From an uncultured Acidobacteriota bacterium (GTDB lineage Bacteria; Acidobacteriota; Thermoanaerobaculia; Multivoradales; UBA5704), in NCBI GenBank assembly GCA_963761805.1, contig CAVXIV010000023.1, positions 609,378-673,377 of the forward strand: DNA of 64,000 nt, read 5' to 3'. Below, one piece after another: positions 37,418 through 49,355 of the stretch. The position numbers and the translations under genes are program-made. Position 1 is the stretch's first letter. Each line of letters begins with the position of its first letter. Below the pieces are notes generated by a model. That model was not told the DNA's origin. It saw only the letters and a program-made list of their open reading frames with translations, and did not search any database.

Positions 37418-39994
37418 TCAACGTCCGCTGACCGGGGAAGCTTCCCGGTTGCCCGGACGCGGGCGCGGCTCGGCGTCGCCGTCCACCTCGATGCGCGCCG
37501 GGCGGGTGCGCACGGCCAGCGGCTTCAGGCTGGCGTCCAGAGCCTTGCCCTCGAAAGCAAGGTCGCTCCGCCCCTGGGCCACGGCGCGGAAGACGACGCG
37601 GGCCACGGTTCCCTTGCCCTTCACGCCCGGGACCTGGCCCAGCCGGCTGGCGCCGATGACCAGCGAGCCGGGACGGCCGAAGTCGGACATCACCTGCGCC
37701 TGGCCCGTGCCGCCGAGGAAGTCGCCGGCGTCCACCCGCTCGACCTCCAGAACCTTGGGGTCGAACGACAGGGAGAGCGGCAGATGGGAGACGGCCCGTC
37801 CGGCCTCGGCCTGCACCCGCACCTCGAAGGTGTCGCCGGGGGAGACCGAGAGCTTGCCGGGGGTGAGCCAGAGCCGCACGGCGGGCGCCGCGGCGGCGGT
37901 CTCCGCGGTCATGACTTCCGCCGTGTCGGCCTCGCCGGCCTTGATGGAGGCGGGAACGGCCAGCGCGGCCGTGCCGGAGGCCGTCCGCCCGGAGACCAGG
38001 CCGCCCGGCGGCGGCACCTCCTCTTCGGGCGGTGGCGGCGGCGGCTCGGTGGGCTGCTGCGGCTGCGGCTGCCGGAAGATGTCGCTGGGCGGCGCCGACG
38101 GCACGAGGTTGACGCCGCCGGGCGGCTGCTGCGGCTCCTCCTCGGGCGGGACCACCTCGCCCTCCTCGCCGGTCTCGCCCGGCCGCAGGCCGCGGGGCAG
38201 GCGCTGGAGGCGGCGGCGGATGGCGTCCTGGATCTCCTCCGGCGTCCCTTCGTTGCCGTCGAACGGCCCCTCCTCGGGGGACTCGACCCGCGGGCTGCCG
38301 CCGCGGAAGGTGATGTTCGCCTCGGTGCCCACCCAGATCGGCTCCAGGTCCTCCTGGGTGATCTCGGCGTTGCGGATGATGTGCGGCGTCAGCGTCAGGA
38401 TCACGTCCGTCCGCTGGTTCTGGGTGTTCCGGCGCGAGAACAGCCGGCCGAGCACCGGCATCTCCGACAGCCCGGGGACACCGGCTTCGGAGTCGCTCTC
38501 GTCGCTGCGGATCAGGCCGGCCAGGAAGTTGGTCTCGCCGTCCTGGAGGCGGATCACCGAGTCGATGGTGCGGGTGCCGATGATCGGCTGCGACTGGCCG
38601 CCCGAGCCCTGGACGTTGCCGGCGAGGTTCGAGACCTCGACCTTGACCTTCAGCGTCACCTGGCGGTTGTGGTGCACCCGCGGCTCCAGGTCGATGCGGA
38701 TGCCCACGTCCTGGTACTGGAACGAGGTGATGGGGACGATGCCGCCCTGCCCGCCGACGTTCTGGGTGTTGAACGTGGTGAGCGGGATCGGCACGCGGTC
38801 GCCGATCACCAGGCTCGCCTTCTCGCCGTCGGTGATGCGGAGCTGGGGCTTGGCCAGGAGCTGGGCGTCGGTGTTGGTCTTGACGAAGCTGTAGATGAAG
38901 TTGGGCAGCGTCAGGATCCAGTTGCTCGAGTTGATGAACTCCAGGTCCGACAGGCGCACGCCGTTGTTGGAGCCTTCCTCCCCGGAGTTGCCGAAGTCCA
39001 GGCTCTGGGTGACCGAGTACTGCGACAGGCTGACGCCGAGGTCGCGCAGGCGGGCGGTGTTGATCTGCAGCAGCTCGACGTCGATCACCACCTCGGCCTT
39101 GGACTTGTCGTTGGCCTCGATGATGCGCTCGGCCACCTTCACCTTGTCCGCCGTGTCGCGGAGGATGATGGCGTTGAGCTGCTCGTTGGTGGCGATCTTC
39201 TGCGCGTCGATGAGGCTGCGGAGGATCGTCAGCATGTCCTTGACCTCGGAGTTCGAGAGGAAGAACGTCTGGATGACGAGGTCCTCGTAGGTGCGGCGGT
39301 TCTGCGGCGTGTCCTGGGCGATGATGATGGTGTGCTCGTCCATCACCTTGTAGAAGTGGCCGGAGGCGCGCATCAAGGTCTCGAGCGCCGCCTGGGCGGT
39401 CACGTCCTTGAGGTCGATGGCGATCTCCTGGTCGCGCAGGTTGGGATCGAACAGGATGTTGATCCCGAACGCCTGGCCGAGGGCGCGGTAGATGGCGAAG
39501 ATCGAGGCCTGCTGCGGGAACTCCAGCGAGATGGGCTTGTCCGAGCGCGGGTTGAGGACCGGCGGCTGCGGCCGGGCGCCGCGCGCCTTCAGCTTCATCT
39601 GCTCGATGGTCTCGACGCCCTGGCTCTGCCGCTGGGCCACATAGGCCCGGTGGGTGTTCTCGAGCTGCGCCTTGGCGTACTGGTTGGTGGAATCGAGCTG
39701 GACCGCCTGCTGGTACTCGACCAGCGCCCGCTCCAGCACGCCCGCCTTCTCGAACTCCTGGCCCTTCTCGAGGTGGGCCTGCGAGGCCTTGATCTTGGCG
39801 CGCATCAGGGCGGCGCGGTAGGAGATGTTGTCCGGCTCCAGCTCGACCGCCCGCATGTAGTGGAGAACGGCGTCATCCCACTTCCCCAGTTGGAAGGCGA
39901 TGTCGCCCTGCCGGTAGCTCTGGTGGCTGGTGCAGCCGGCCAGCAGCCCGAGGACGAGCAGCGGGATCGACATCCGGACGATGAATTGGCGCAT
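37418..39994 (-). CDS. gspD: secretin (GspD/PilQ family) with N-terminal lipoprotein/TPR region and C-terminal cohesin-like domain
   Basis: Lipobox LLAGC. TPR-like helices. Secretin-N repeats and secretin core (..VIRLQDGETNFLAGLIRSDE..VPGLSEMPVLGRLFS..ILTLTPHII). Pro-rich linker. Then LSVSPGDTFEVRVQAE..LSLSFDPKVLEV..GKGTVARVVFRAVAQG, which is cohesin-like. Confidence 0.85.
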   Translation of the reverse strand: MRQFIVRMSIPLLVLGLLAGCTSHQSYRQGDIAFQLGKWDDAVLHYMRAVELEPDNISYRAALMRAKIKASQAHLEKGQEFEKAGVLERALVEYQQAVQLDSTNQYAKAQLENTHRAYVAQRQSQGVETIEQMKLKARGARPQPPVLNPRSDKPISLEFPQQASIFAIYRALGQAFGINILFDPNLRDQEIAIDLKDVTAQAALETLMRASGHFYKVMDEHTIIIAQDTPQNRRTYEDLVIQTFFLSNSEVKDMLTILRSLIDAQKIATNEQLNAIILRDTADKVKVAERIIEANDKSKAEVVIDVELLQINTARLRDLGVSLSQYSVTQSLDFGNSGEEGSNNGVRLSDLEFINSSNWILTLPNFIYSFVKTNTDAQLLAKPQLRITDGEKASLVIGDRVPIPLTTFNTQNVGGQGGIVPITSFQYQDVGIRIDLEPRVHHNRQVTLKVKVEVSNLAGNVQGSGGQSQPIIGTRTIDSVIRLQDGETNFLAGLIRSDESDSEAGVPGLSEMPVLGRLFSRRNTQNQRTDVILTLTPHIIRNAEITQEDLEPIWVGTEANITFRGGSPRVESPEEGPFDGNEGTPEEIQDAIRRRLQRLPRGLRPGETGEEGEVVPPEEEPQQPPGGVNLVPSAPPSDIFRQPQPQQPTEPPPPPPEEEVPPPGGLVSGRTASGTAALAVPASIKAGEADTAEVMTAETAAAAPAVRLWLTPGKLSVSPGDTFEVRVQAEAGRAVSHLPLSLSFDPKVLEVERVDAGDFLGGTGQAQVMSDFGRPGSLVIGASRLGQVPGVKGKGTVARVVFRAVAQGRSDLAFEGKALDASLKPLAVRTRPARIEVDGDAEPRPRPGNREASPVSGR

Positions 39995-40015
39995 GTTTCG
40001 AAATTCCTCTCCGCG

Positions 40016-40677
40016 CTAGCGGCGACGGACGCCTACACGCTTCGCGGGCACGTCAGGAAAGCCCACGAAACGGATATCCACGGATTCGTAGCCGATGCGT
40101 TCCACGATGAACTGATTCTGGATCTTGTCCCCTTCGAGGACGTTGATCTGCTTCTTGCCGTCGATGAAGACGGCGATCTTCTTGTCCGCCGGGCCGAAGA
40201 AGCCCATGTACTCCATGGTGAACTCCGGCGGACGCGGCTTGGCCGCTTCATCGGCCGCTGCCGCTCCAGCTCGGCCAGCCGCTCGCGCTCGAGCCGCTCG
40301 GCCTCGAGCCGCTTCAGATCCTCGTCCGACGGCGGCCGCGGCGGCGGCGGCGGCTTGACCGGCGGCGGCGGCGGATCGATGAACCGCCACGGATCGCGCC
40401 CGGCCACCAGGGGCCCGGGCGGGCGGTCGAGCTCGGCCACGCGCAGGATCTCCACCCGGTCTCCGGGCCGCGCTCCCCGGCTCTCCTCGCCGGAGCCGGA
40501 GGAGGCCGGCGGCGCCGGCCCATCCTCGTCCAGCCCGCCGCCCGGCGCCGTTCGCGCCGGGACCACGACTTCGTCGCCGCCGCCCAGCAGCGGCGAGATC
40601 CCGTAGCGCCACGCCACGATCAGCGCCAGGACGCCGAGCACCATCATCAATCGCTTCTGCCGCTCGGCGGGCGTCAT
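40016..40677 (-). pseudogene. PilP/GspC-like periplasmic assembly protein, one frameshift near 40262
   Basis: N-terminal TM helix (LMMVLGVLALIVAW), Pro-rich and coiled-coil region. The C-terminal beta domain lies in another frame (EFTMEYMGFFGPADKKIAVFIDGKKQINVLEGDKI..). Confidence 0.55.
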
Positions 40678-41288
40678 GACGCGCCTCCCGCGCCGGTCCC
40701 GCCGGTTTCAGCCGGCGCCGCGGCCTCCGGTTCCCTGGCGAACAGGGTCGAGATCGCGATGTCGATGCGCAGCTCCGGCCCGCCGCCGGAGGCGCCCGCC
40801 AGGTTGATCTCTTCGACCGTCAGGAACGAGCGGGAGGCCTCCAGGAGGTGGAGGAACTGGCGCAGCTCGGCATAGGTGCCCTCGACCTGGAAGAGGGAGG
40901 ACCGCTTGATGAGGCCGTAGTCGTCGATGTCCTCTTCCGGATAGGAGTACGCCCTGGGCTCGAGCCCGGCCTTGCGCGCCAGGCTCCGTACCTCGGACGT
41001 GAAGCGGGTCACGCGCTGGCTGCGGGTGGCGAGGCGGTCGGTGTAGAGCTGCCGGACCTGCCGCTCGTTGATGCTGACGCGGGTGAGCTGGGTCTGCAGA
41101 TCCTTCTTCTTGGTCTCCAGGTCCCGCAGATCCTTCTCCTGCTGGGTCAGGGTGCTCTCCAGCGTCGCCACCCGGCCGGAGTAGCCGAGCCGGTAGACGA
41201 CGAAGCCGGCGGCGTTGGCCAGGAAGAAGACCAGGGCGGGCGCCCAGATCCACACGCGCAGGCGCCAGGCCTCGCCGCGCGACCTCAC
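40674..41288 (-). CDS. pilO: PilO/GspM-like assembly protein
   Basis: Single TM helix, coiled coil (LESTLTQQEKDLRDLETKKKDLQTQL), C-terminal ferredoxin-like region. Start overlaps the upstream stop (GTGA). Confidence 0.65.
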   Translation of the reverse strand: MRSRGEAWRLRVWIWAPALVFFLANAAGFVVYRLGYSGRVATLESTLTQQEKDLRDLETKKKDLQTQLTRVSINERQVRQLYTDRLATRSQRVTRFTSEVRSLARKAGLEPRAYSYPEEDIDDYGLIKRSSLFQVEGTYAELRQFLHLLEASRSFLTVEEINLAGASGGGPELRIDIAISTLFAREPEAAAPAETGGTGAGGAS

Positions 41289-42053
41289 CGCCGGCCTCCC
41301 GGAGGAGCCGCCGCAGGCGCCTCCTCCTCGACGATCACGTTCTGGGCCTCGGCGCCCGGGATGTACTGTACGGTGAGCTCAAACCTCAAGATGTTGTCCT
41401 GTTCCAGACGCTCTTCGCGGGCCAGGTTCGGCTCCGCGAAGGGATGCGCGAACAGATTTTCTACGAATCGGTCGAGCGCTTCGTCACTCCTGGCCTCGCC
41501 GAAGATCTGCAGCGTCACCTGACCCTCCCGGATCCGGGCCTGGGCAGCCTTCCCCGAGCTCCGGCCCGCCCGCCGGGCCTGCTCGCCGGTCACCGGCGCT
41601 CAGCCGGGAGAGGCGCACGTCGTTGGGCATCACCCGCGAGAGGTGGTCGAACAGACGGTTCCAGGAGAACGTGCGGTCCGCGATCTTCTGGTTCAGGAAG
41701 CGGATCTCGGCGTTGAGGTCCTCGAGGTCGATGCCGTCGAGGCGGTTCTCGAGCTCCCGCGCCTCCGCCTGCCGCCTCTGGACGGCCTCCTCGCCGCGCG
41801 CCACCTCGGCGCGCTTGTCCTCGGACTCCGAGAGGTAGCTCCAGAACAGCGAGACGTTGCCCAGCAGCAGGACCAGCCCGAGCAGCCAGAGCAGCAGCGA
41901 GACCCGCACCACCGGCCGGGTGTTGAGGAACGGCCGGCGCGAGAGGTTGAGCCCCTCGTAGCGGACCGGACCGGCCGGCGGAGCCGGAGACGGCCGCGCC
42001 GCCGGGGCCGCCGGCTCCGGAGGAGAGGTCTGGCTCTGGGGTGGATTCTCCAT
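41285..42053 (-). pseudogene. pilN: PilN-like assembly protein, one frameshift near 41600
   Basis: NLSRRPFLNTRPV + TM helix + coiled coil + FSWNRLFDHLSRVMPNDVRLSRLS is typical of PilN. The C-terminus continues in another frame (QVTLQIFGEARSDEALDRFVENL..). Confidence 0.6.
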
Positions 42054-43016
42054 GATGCTCACGCCGCGATCTCCTGCCGGGCCGCGCCGAGCATGGGCGC
42101 GAGGTCGCGCCAGGCCGGGGTGCCCGCGTCCTCGACGCGCAGCGGCGGCAGGTGGCGGCCGTCGAGCGGCGAGGCGGGGATGCCGAAGCCCTCCTCCAGG
42201 CGGTCGAGCCACACCGGCTCGAGCTCCGGCGGCGCCAGCAGCAGCACCGGCCCCAGGCCGGAGCCGGGGAAATGCTCGTCGATGAAGTTGCGGGTCAGCT
42301 TGAGGTCGCGGGCCACGAAGCTCGTCCGCGAGCCCTCGGGCAGACTGCCGGTGAACCCCTTGAAGCGGTGCAGCACCGGCTCGCCGGCACGGGCGAAGAT
42401 CAGAGTGTAGCCCTCCTCCTCCACCAGCACCAGGGCCGCGAAGGAGCCGGGCGGCGCCGGCGCCACGGCGGAGAGCAGCGACAGGCTGGCGTTGGAGACC
42501 TGGCCCAGGCGCACGCCCGCGGCGGCGAAGGCCTCCTCGACCTGCGCCAGGAGCTGCTCGACGGCGAAGCCCAGCAGCAGCCGGCGGGGCTCGGCCTGGC
42601 CCGGGATGGGGGAGACCTCGGTGGCGCCGATCCGCAGGTCGTCCACGCGGAAGGGCACCAGGCGCTTGAGCTTCCAGCGCAGGACCTCGTCCAGGGCGTC
42701 GCCGGCGGGCGGCAGGTCGCCGCTTTCGGTGAAGGTCACGCGCAGCCAGGCGTCCGGCAGCACCAGGGAGGCGTCGCGGAGCCCGCCGGGGACGCTCTTC
42801 ACCAGGCCGGCCACCAGCGTCTTGAACGCCGCCGGGTCGCGCGGCGGGCCGCCCAGGAGGCCGTGCTGGAAAGGATCCCGGGGCAGGGCCGCCTCGCGGA
42901 ACGCGCGCAGGCGGAAGCCGTGGCGGTCGCGCGCGAACTGGCCATAGCGCAGCCGTCCGGCGTCCAGCGCGAAGACGTGCGGCGGCGCCGGAATCGGATC
43001 GAGGCCCAGCAGGCTC

Positions 43017-44675
<1,659 letters not shown>

Positions 44676-44703
44676 CTCTCCAGACTCTCCGCAACAAGTA
44701 GTG

Positions 44704-45915
44704 CTAGAACTTCGACTGACCGAGCATCGAGAACATCGGGAGGTAGATCGAGATCAGCAGGATCGCGATGATGATGCCCATGAACACCAGCATCATCGGC
44801 TCGACCAGCGACAGCAGACGCTGCATGCGGGTCTCGACCTGCTCATCCAGGAATTCCGACACGCTGTTCAGCATGTCGTCCAACGATCCCGTGGCCTCGC
44901 CGACCTTGACCATGTCGATGGCCATGTCGGTGAAGACCGCGCTCTTCTCGATCGCGGTATAGAAAGGCTTGCCCTCTCGCACCATCTGGATCGTCGGCTC
45001 CAGCTTGCTGCGCACGTAGGCGTTGCTGACCGACGAGACGGCGATCTCGAAGGCCGGCACGAGAGGAATGCCGCCGGAGAGCAACGTCGCGAGGGACCGT
45101 GAGAATTCCGCCAGGGCGAACCGCTGCAGGATCGGCCCGATCAGGGGGACGCGCAGCTTCAGGCGGTCCAGGGCGAGCCGGCCCGTCTCCGTGCGACCCC
45201 AGGAGCGCAGGGCGATCACCCCGGCGCCGGTCCCCAGCACGATCAGCACCCAGTTCGAGTTGGCGAACCGGGAGATGGCGAGCACGATCTGGGTGATCAG
45301 CGGCAGCTCCGCGTCCAGCTCGGAGAAGAAGCCCATGAACTTGGGCACCACATAGATCGACATCACGGCGATCATGGCGATGGAGAGGCACACCAGGACC
45401 GCCGGATAGATCAGCGCCGAGATCACCCGCCGCCGGGCGTCGAGCACCAGCCGCATGTAGCGGATGAAGCGGCGGATGACCAGCTCCAGCTCGCCGGAAC
45501 GCTCGCCCGCCTTGAGCGACGCGGGGTAGAGCCGCGGGAACAGGTCGCCGTGCTCGGCGAAGGCCTCCGAGAGGTCGACGCCGCTCTTGACCCTGTCGCG
45601 GACCTCCAGCAGCACCGAGCGGAAGTGCGGGTTGTGCATCCGCTCCAGCATCAGGTCCAGGGTCTGCAGCAGCGGCAGGCCCGCCTTGAGCAGGGAGGCC
45701 AGCTCCTGGTTGAAGACCAGGAACTCCTGGTCGGGAATGCGGCGGCGGCGCAGGGAGCGCCCCGGCAGCTTGCGCGCCACCCCGCGGCGGCGCACCTCGA
45801 ACAGGTGGTACCCGCGCTTGCCGAGGTCGCTGCGCAGCGCCGTCTCGTCGCTGGCCGTGAACACCTCCTCCAGCACCCGGCCGTCCGGCGTACCCACTCG
45901 ACAGAAGAACTGCAT
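44704..45915 (-). CDS. gspF: type II secretion / type IV pilus platform protein (GspF/PilC family)
   Basis: 403 aa with duplicated GspF domain and three TM regions. C-terminal LLISIYLPMFSM. Confidence 0.9.
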   Translation of the reverse strand: MQFFCRVGTPDGRVLEEVFTASDETALRSDLGKRGYHLFEVRRRGVARKLPGRSLRRRRIPDQEFLVFNQELASLLKAGLPLLQTLDLMLERMHNPHFRSVLLEVRDRVKSGVDLSEAFAEHGDLFPRLYPASLKAGERSGELELVIRRFIRYMRLVLDARRRVISALIYPAVLVCLSIAMIAVMSIYVVPKFMGFFSELDAELPLITQIVLAISRFANSNWVLIVLGTGAGVIALRSWGRTETGRLALDRLKLRVPLIGPILQRFALAEFSRSLATLLSGGIPLVPAFEIAVSSVSNAYVRSKLEPTIQMVREGKPFYTAIEKSAVFTDMAIDMVKVGEATGSLDDMLNSVSEFLDEQVETRMQRLLSLVEPMMLVFMGIIIAILLISIYLPMFSMLGQSKF

Positions 45916-45936
45916 CCTGGACCCTTGTCTCCTTCT

Positions 45937-46632
45937 CTATGGGTTCCGGCGGGGGGAGTCGCCCTCCCGCAGGGTCAGCACCAGCATCAGAGCCTCGCGG
46001 CTCTCCTCGTTCTTGGCCAGACCCAGGCTGAGCGGCTGGTCCATCCAGAGGTTGAGATGGGCGTTGAGAAGCGTGCTCTCCACCCGGTTTTCCCCCCGGC
46101 GGGCGATGCGGAAGTTCACCAGCTTCGCCCGCTGGCCGTCCTGCAGGGTGCCGAAGCGGAAGCTCACCTTGTACTCGGTCCCCAGCTCGTAGACGACCGA
46201 CTGCCCTTCCACCCCCGCAAGCTGCGCCTGGGCCTGCTTCTCGAAGACATGGTATCCCAGCAGGTCGCGCAGGCGCTGGGTCAGCGCCTCCGGCAGGTCC
46301 GAGCGGTGCACCTGGGGGGACACCACCGACTTGCTCGCCCGCACCACGAAGATCTCCACCCGCAGCGGCCGCGGCGGGTGGTCGAAGTTGCGCAGCACCG
46401 GCATGATCCGGTTGATCGCGGCCTGGACGTCGCGGACGATCAGCGTGTTGCCCGCCGGCTGCAGCTCCACCGTTCCCCGCGGGGAGAGCAGCGGATGCAC
46501 CAGCGCCAGCGCCTCACTGGCGCGCTGGTGCTGAAACGTGTAGGCCCGCACCACGATCTCGGCCTGCGGCTGCGCCGAAAGCATGGAAGCGAGGGCCAGA
46601 AGCCCCAGGAAGCTCGCGATGGAGCGCCGCAT
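45937..46632 (-). CDS. secreted protein with a secretin-N-like domain (stand-alone)
   Basis: Signal peptide MRRSIASFLGLLALASMLSA. YTFQHQRASEALALVHPLLSPRGTVELQPAGNTLIVRDVQAAINRIMPVLRNFD resembles a GspD N-domain. Confidence 0.5.
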   Translation of the reverse strand: MRRSIASFLGLLALASMLSAQPQAEIVVRAYTFQHQRASEALALVHPLLSPRGTVELQPAGNTLIVRDVQAAINRIMPVLRNFDHPPRPLRVEIFVVRASKSVVSPQVHRSDLPEALTQRLRDLLGYHVFEKQAQAQLAGVEGQSVVYELGTEYKVSFRFGTLQDGQRAKLVNFRIARRGENRVESTLLNAHLNLWMDQPLSLGLAKNEESREALMLVLTLREGDSPRRNP

Positions 46633-46725
46633 CGGCAACACGGAGTTTCTCGGGAGTTTATCGCGACAGGAGGCACGAGCGGCCAGGCCGCGGACGGGGG
46701 CAGGCATCATGGCTCCGGTCTGACA

Positions 46726-47244
46726 TCAAAGCTTCTCGGGGACGTTCTCGTTGAACACCATGACCACGGGCATCCGGCCGCCGTTCATCTCGATGTGGAT
46801 CCGGGAGTCGCGGTCCAGCCCCTCGACCGGCGGCTCGCCGATCTCCGGGATGGCGGCCCCGCGCGGCGGCGCCGCCGTCTCCAGCGCGGCCAGCTCGATC
46901 TCGGGGGCCTTGTCCCAGCTCAGCGAGAGGGACGCCACCGCCAGCACCGCGGCCGCCGCCCAGCGCCGCCAACTGGCGAAGCGCCGTCCCGACTCCAGCC
47001 GCTTCGCCGTGCGCATGGCGGCCACCGCCTGACGCATCGACTCCACCTCCGACCGTTCCTGGTCGGGCGGCAGGTCGGGCGCCGGCAGCCGGCGGAAGAC
47101 GAGCAGGGGATCGGCCTCGAGGGCGGCGCTCCGGCACTCGCGGCAGGCGTCGAAGTGCGCCAGGGCCTCCGTCCAGCCTTCCGGATCGGCGCCGTCGCGC
47201 TCGCGGCGGACGGTCAGGTCCTTCCAGTCGGGGCAGGCCGTCAT
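46726..47244 (-). CDS. anti-sigma factor (zf-HC2-like) with one TM helix
   Basis: HFDACRECR (Hx3Cx2C). Central TM WAAAAVLAVASLSL. ATG overlaps the sigma factor stop (ATGA). Confidence 0.6.
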   Translation of the reverse strand: MTACPDWKDLTVRRERDGADPEGWTEALAHFDACRECRSAALEADPLLVFRRLPAPDLPPDQERSEVESMRQAVAAMRTAKRLESGRRFASWRRWAAAAVLAVASLSLSWDKAPEIELAALETAAPPRGAAIPEIGEPPVEGLDRDSRIHIEMNGGRMPVVMVFNENVPEKL

Positions 47245-47909
47245 AGCGCTTCCTCCGCGTCGTCCGCCACCAGCCCGAAGCCGCCGGCGTACTCGGGGTA
47301 GCGCCGCAGCAGCTCCCGGCGCAGATACTTGCTGGCGTTGAACAGGTGGTTGCGGACCGTCGACTCGCGGCACTCCAGGATCTCGGCCACCTCGGGGGAG
47401 GAGAGGCCTTCCAGCTCGCGGAGCAGGAAGACCATGCGCTGCTTCTCGGAGAGCCCGGCCGACAGCTCGCGGAAGATCGCCGCCACCTCGGTCTGCTGCA
47501 CCCGGGAGAGGTCGCGGTTGGCGCGGCCGTCGGCCACATGGAGCAGGTGCTGGCGCACCGGCTCCTGGCTGCGCTCCCGGCTCTTGCGCGACCGCAGGTG
47601 GTCGATGGCCAGGTTGCTGGCGATGCGGTAGATCCAGGTGTTGGGGCTCCACCGCTCGTCGAACTTCTTGCGGTTCTCCCACACCTTGAAGAAGGTCACC
47701 TGCACGACGTCGCGGGCCTCCTCGGAGTCGCCGCCGAGGATGCGCTGGCAGAGCTGGAGGAGCGGCCGGGTCTTGCGCCCGATCAGCTCGTCCAGCGCCG
47801 ACTCGTCCCCTTCGCGGACGGCCAGCAGGAGGTCGCGGTCGGACACCTCGGCCCACGGAGCGCGCTGGGGGCTGCTGGACTGGCGGCTGGAGTGGACGAG
47901 TTTCAGCAT
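47241..47909 (-). CDS. ECF-type sigma-70 family RNA polymerase sigma factor
   Basis: Region 2 (EEARDVVQVTFFKVWEN..WIYRIASNLAIDHLR) and region 4 (LSEKQRMVFLLRELEGLSSPEVAEILECRESTVRNHL). Confidence 0.85.
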   Translation of the reverse strand: MLKLVHSSRQSSSPQRAPWAEVSDRDLLLAVREGDESALDELIGRKTRPLLQLCQRILGGDSEEARDVVQVTFFKVWENRKKFDERWSPNTWIYRIASNLAIDHLRSRKSRERSQEPVRQHLLHVADGRANRDLSRVQQTEVAAIFRELSAGLSEKQRMVFLLRELEGLSSPEVAEILECRESTVRNHLFNASKYLRRELLRRYPEYAGGFGLVADDAEEAL

Positions 47910-48015
47910 ATCTGGACCTATATACGGGGGCCGGCCTCCGGGCGTCTATATCCGCCGACGTACGCCGTCCGACGCCGACGGCCTCCGAAGCCAACCATTA
48001 TACTGCCGCCCCGAG

Positions 48016-49355
48016 ATGCGTTCCGTTCTCTGGGGACTCTACCAGCTCGCGGCCGGGGCCGCCCTGCTCCTTGCCGGGCCGTTCCTGCTCGCCCGGCGGG
48101 GGAGCCACTACCTCCCCACGCTCTCCGGACGGCTTGGCAACGGCCGGCGTAAGCCCCCGGGGCGCTCTCTGGATCCACGCCGTCTCCGTGGGCGAGGTCG
48201 GGGTGGCCGCCACCCTGGCGCGCGCCCTGCCGCCCGACCTCCCCCTGCTGGTGACCACCGTCACCCCCACCGGGCAGGAGCGGGCCCGGGCCGCCTTCGC
48301 CAACCGCGCCGAGGTCGCCTATCTTCCCTTCGACCTCGGCTTCGCCGTCGGACGCTTCTTCCGCCGCTACGAGCCCCGCGCCCTGGTGCTGGTCGAGGGG
48401 GACTACTGGCCGCTGGTCCTGCGCGAGGCGCGCCGCCGGGGGCTCCCCGTCGCCGTGGTCAACGGCCGGGTGGGCGACCGCAGCTTTCCGCCGCATGCGC
48501 CGCCTGCGCCCGCTGCTCGGCCCCCTCTTCTCCGGAGTGGACCGCTTCGGCGTCCAGAGCCGGCAGGACCACGACCGCCTGGTCAGCCTGGGCGTCGATC
48601 CCGGCCGCGTCACCGTCACCGGCAACCTCAAGTACGAGACCCCCGAGCCGCCCGCCAGGCCCGAGCTGGAGGACGCCCTGCGGCGCCTCGCCGGCGGCCG
48701 GCCGATCCTCCTCGCCGGCTCGACCATGGCCGGGGAGGAGGAACAGGTGCTCGACGCCTTCCAGGAGATCGGCGGCGGCGAGCGGGCGATGCTGGTCGTC
48801 GCGCCCCGTCACCCTGAGCGCTGGGACGAGGTCGCCGCCCTCCTGCGCTCCCGGGGGATCGGCTTCGTCCGGCGAAGCGCGCTGCCGGAGCCGGGAAAGC
48901 CCGCCGTGATCCTCCTCGACAGCCTGGGCGAGCTGGCCGGCCTCTACCGGCTGGCCGCGGCGGCCTTCATCGGCGGTACCCTGGTCCCCACCGGCGGCCA
49001 CAACCCCCTGGAGCCGGCCCGCTTCGGGGTGCCGCTGGCGGTCGGTCCCTCGATGCACAACTTCCGGGAGATGGCCGAGGCCTTCGACCGCGCCGGCGCC
49101 TGGCGGCGGGTGGCGGACGCGCGGGGGCTCGCGGCGGTCTGGCGCGAGTGGCTGGACGATCCCGCCGCCGCCCGGGAGACCGGCGGGCGCGCCCTGCGGC
49201 TGGTCGAGGAGAACCGGGGGGCTTTGGCGCGGACGGTGGAGATGCTGGCGGGAGTGTTGCCGGTCCCCCGCCCGAGCCCTCACCCCCTGGCCCCCTCTCC
49301 CGACCCCTCCCTCCCTCCCTCACCGGGAGAGGGGGAAAAAGAAGTCAGGAAATGA
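48016..49355 (+). pseudogene. waaA: 3-deoxy-D-manno-octulosonic acid (Kdo) transferase, two frameshifts (~48140, ~48490); C-terminal tail encoded by a repeat element
   Basis: LWIHAVSVGEVGVAATLA, VTTVTPTG, LVEGDYWP, then RLRPLLGPLFSGVDRFGVQS..LLAGSTMAGEE..GGHNPLEPA, spread over three frames. The last ~25 aa (SPHPLAPSPDPSLPPSPGEGEK) come from the repeat. Confidence 0.8.
49276..49335. repeat. GC-rich palindromic repeat element, single arm (short variant)
   Basis: gccctcaccccctggccccctctcccgacccctccctccctccctcaccgggagaggggg. Internal 10-bp stem cccctctccc / gggagagggg. Confidence 0.7.
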
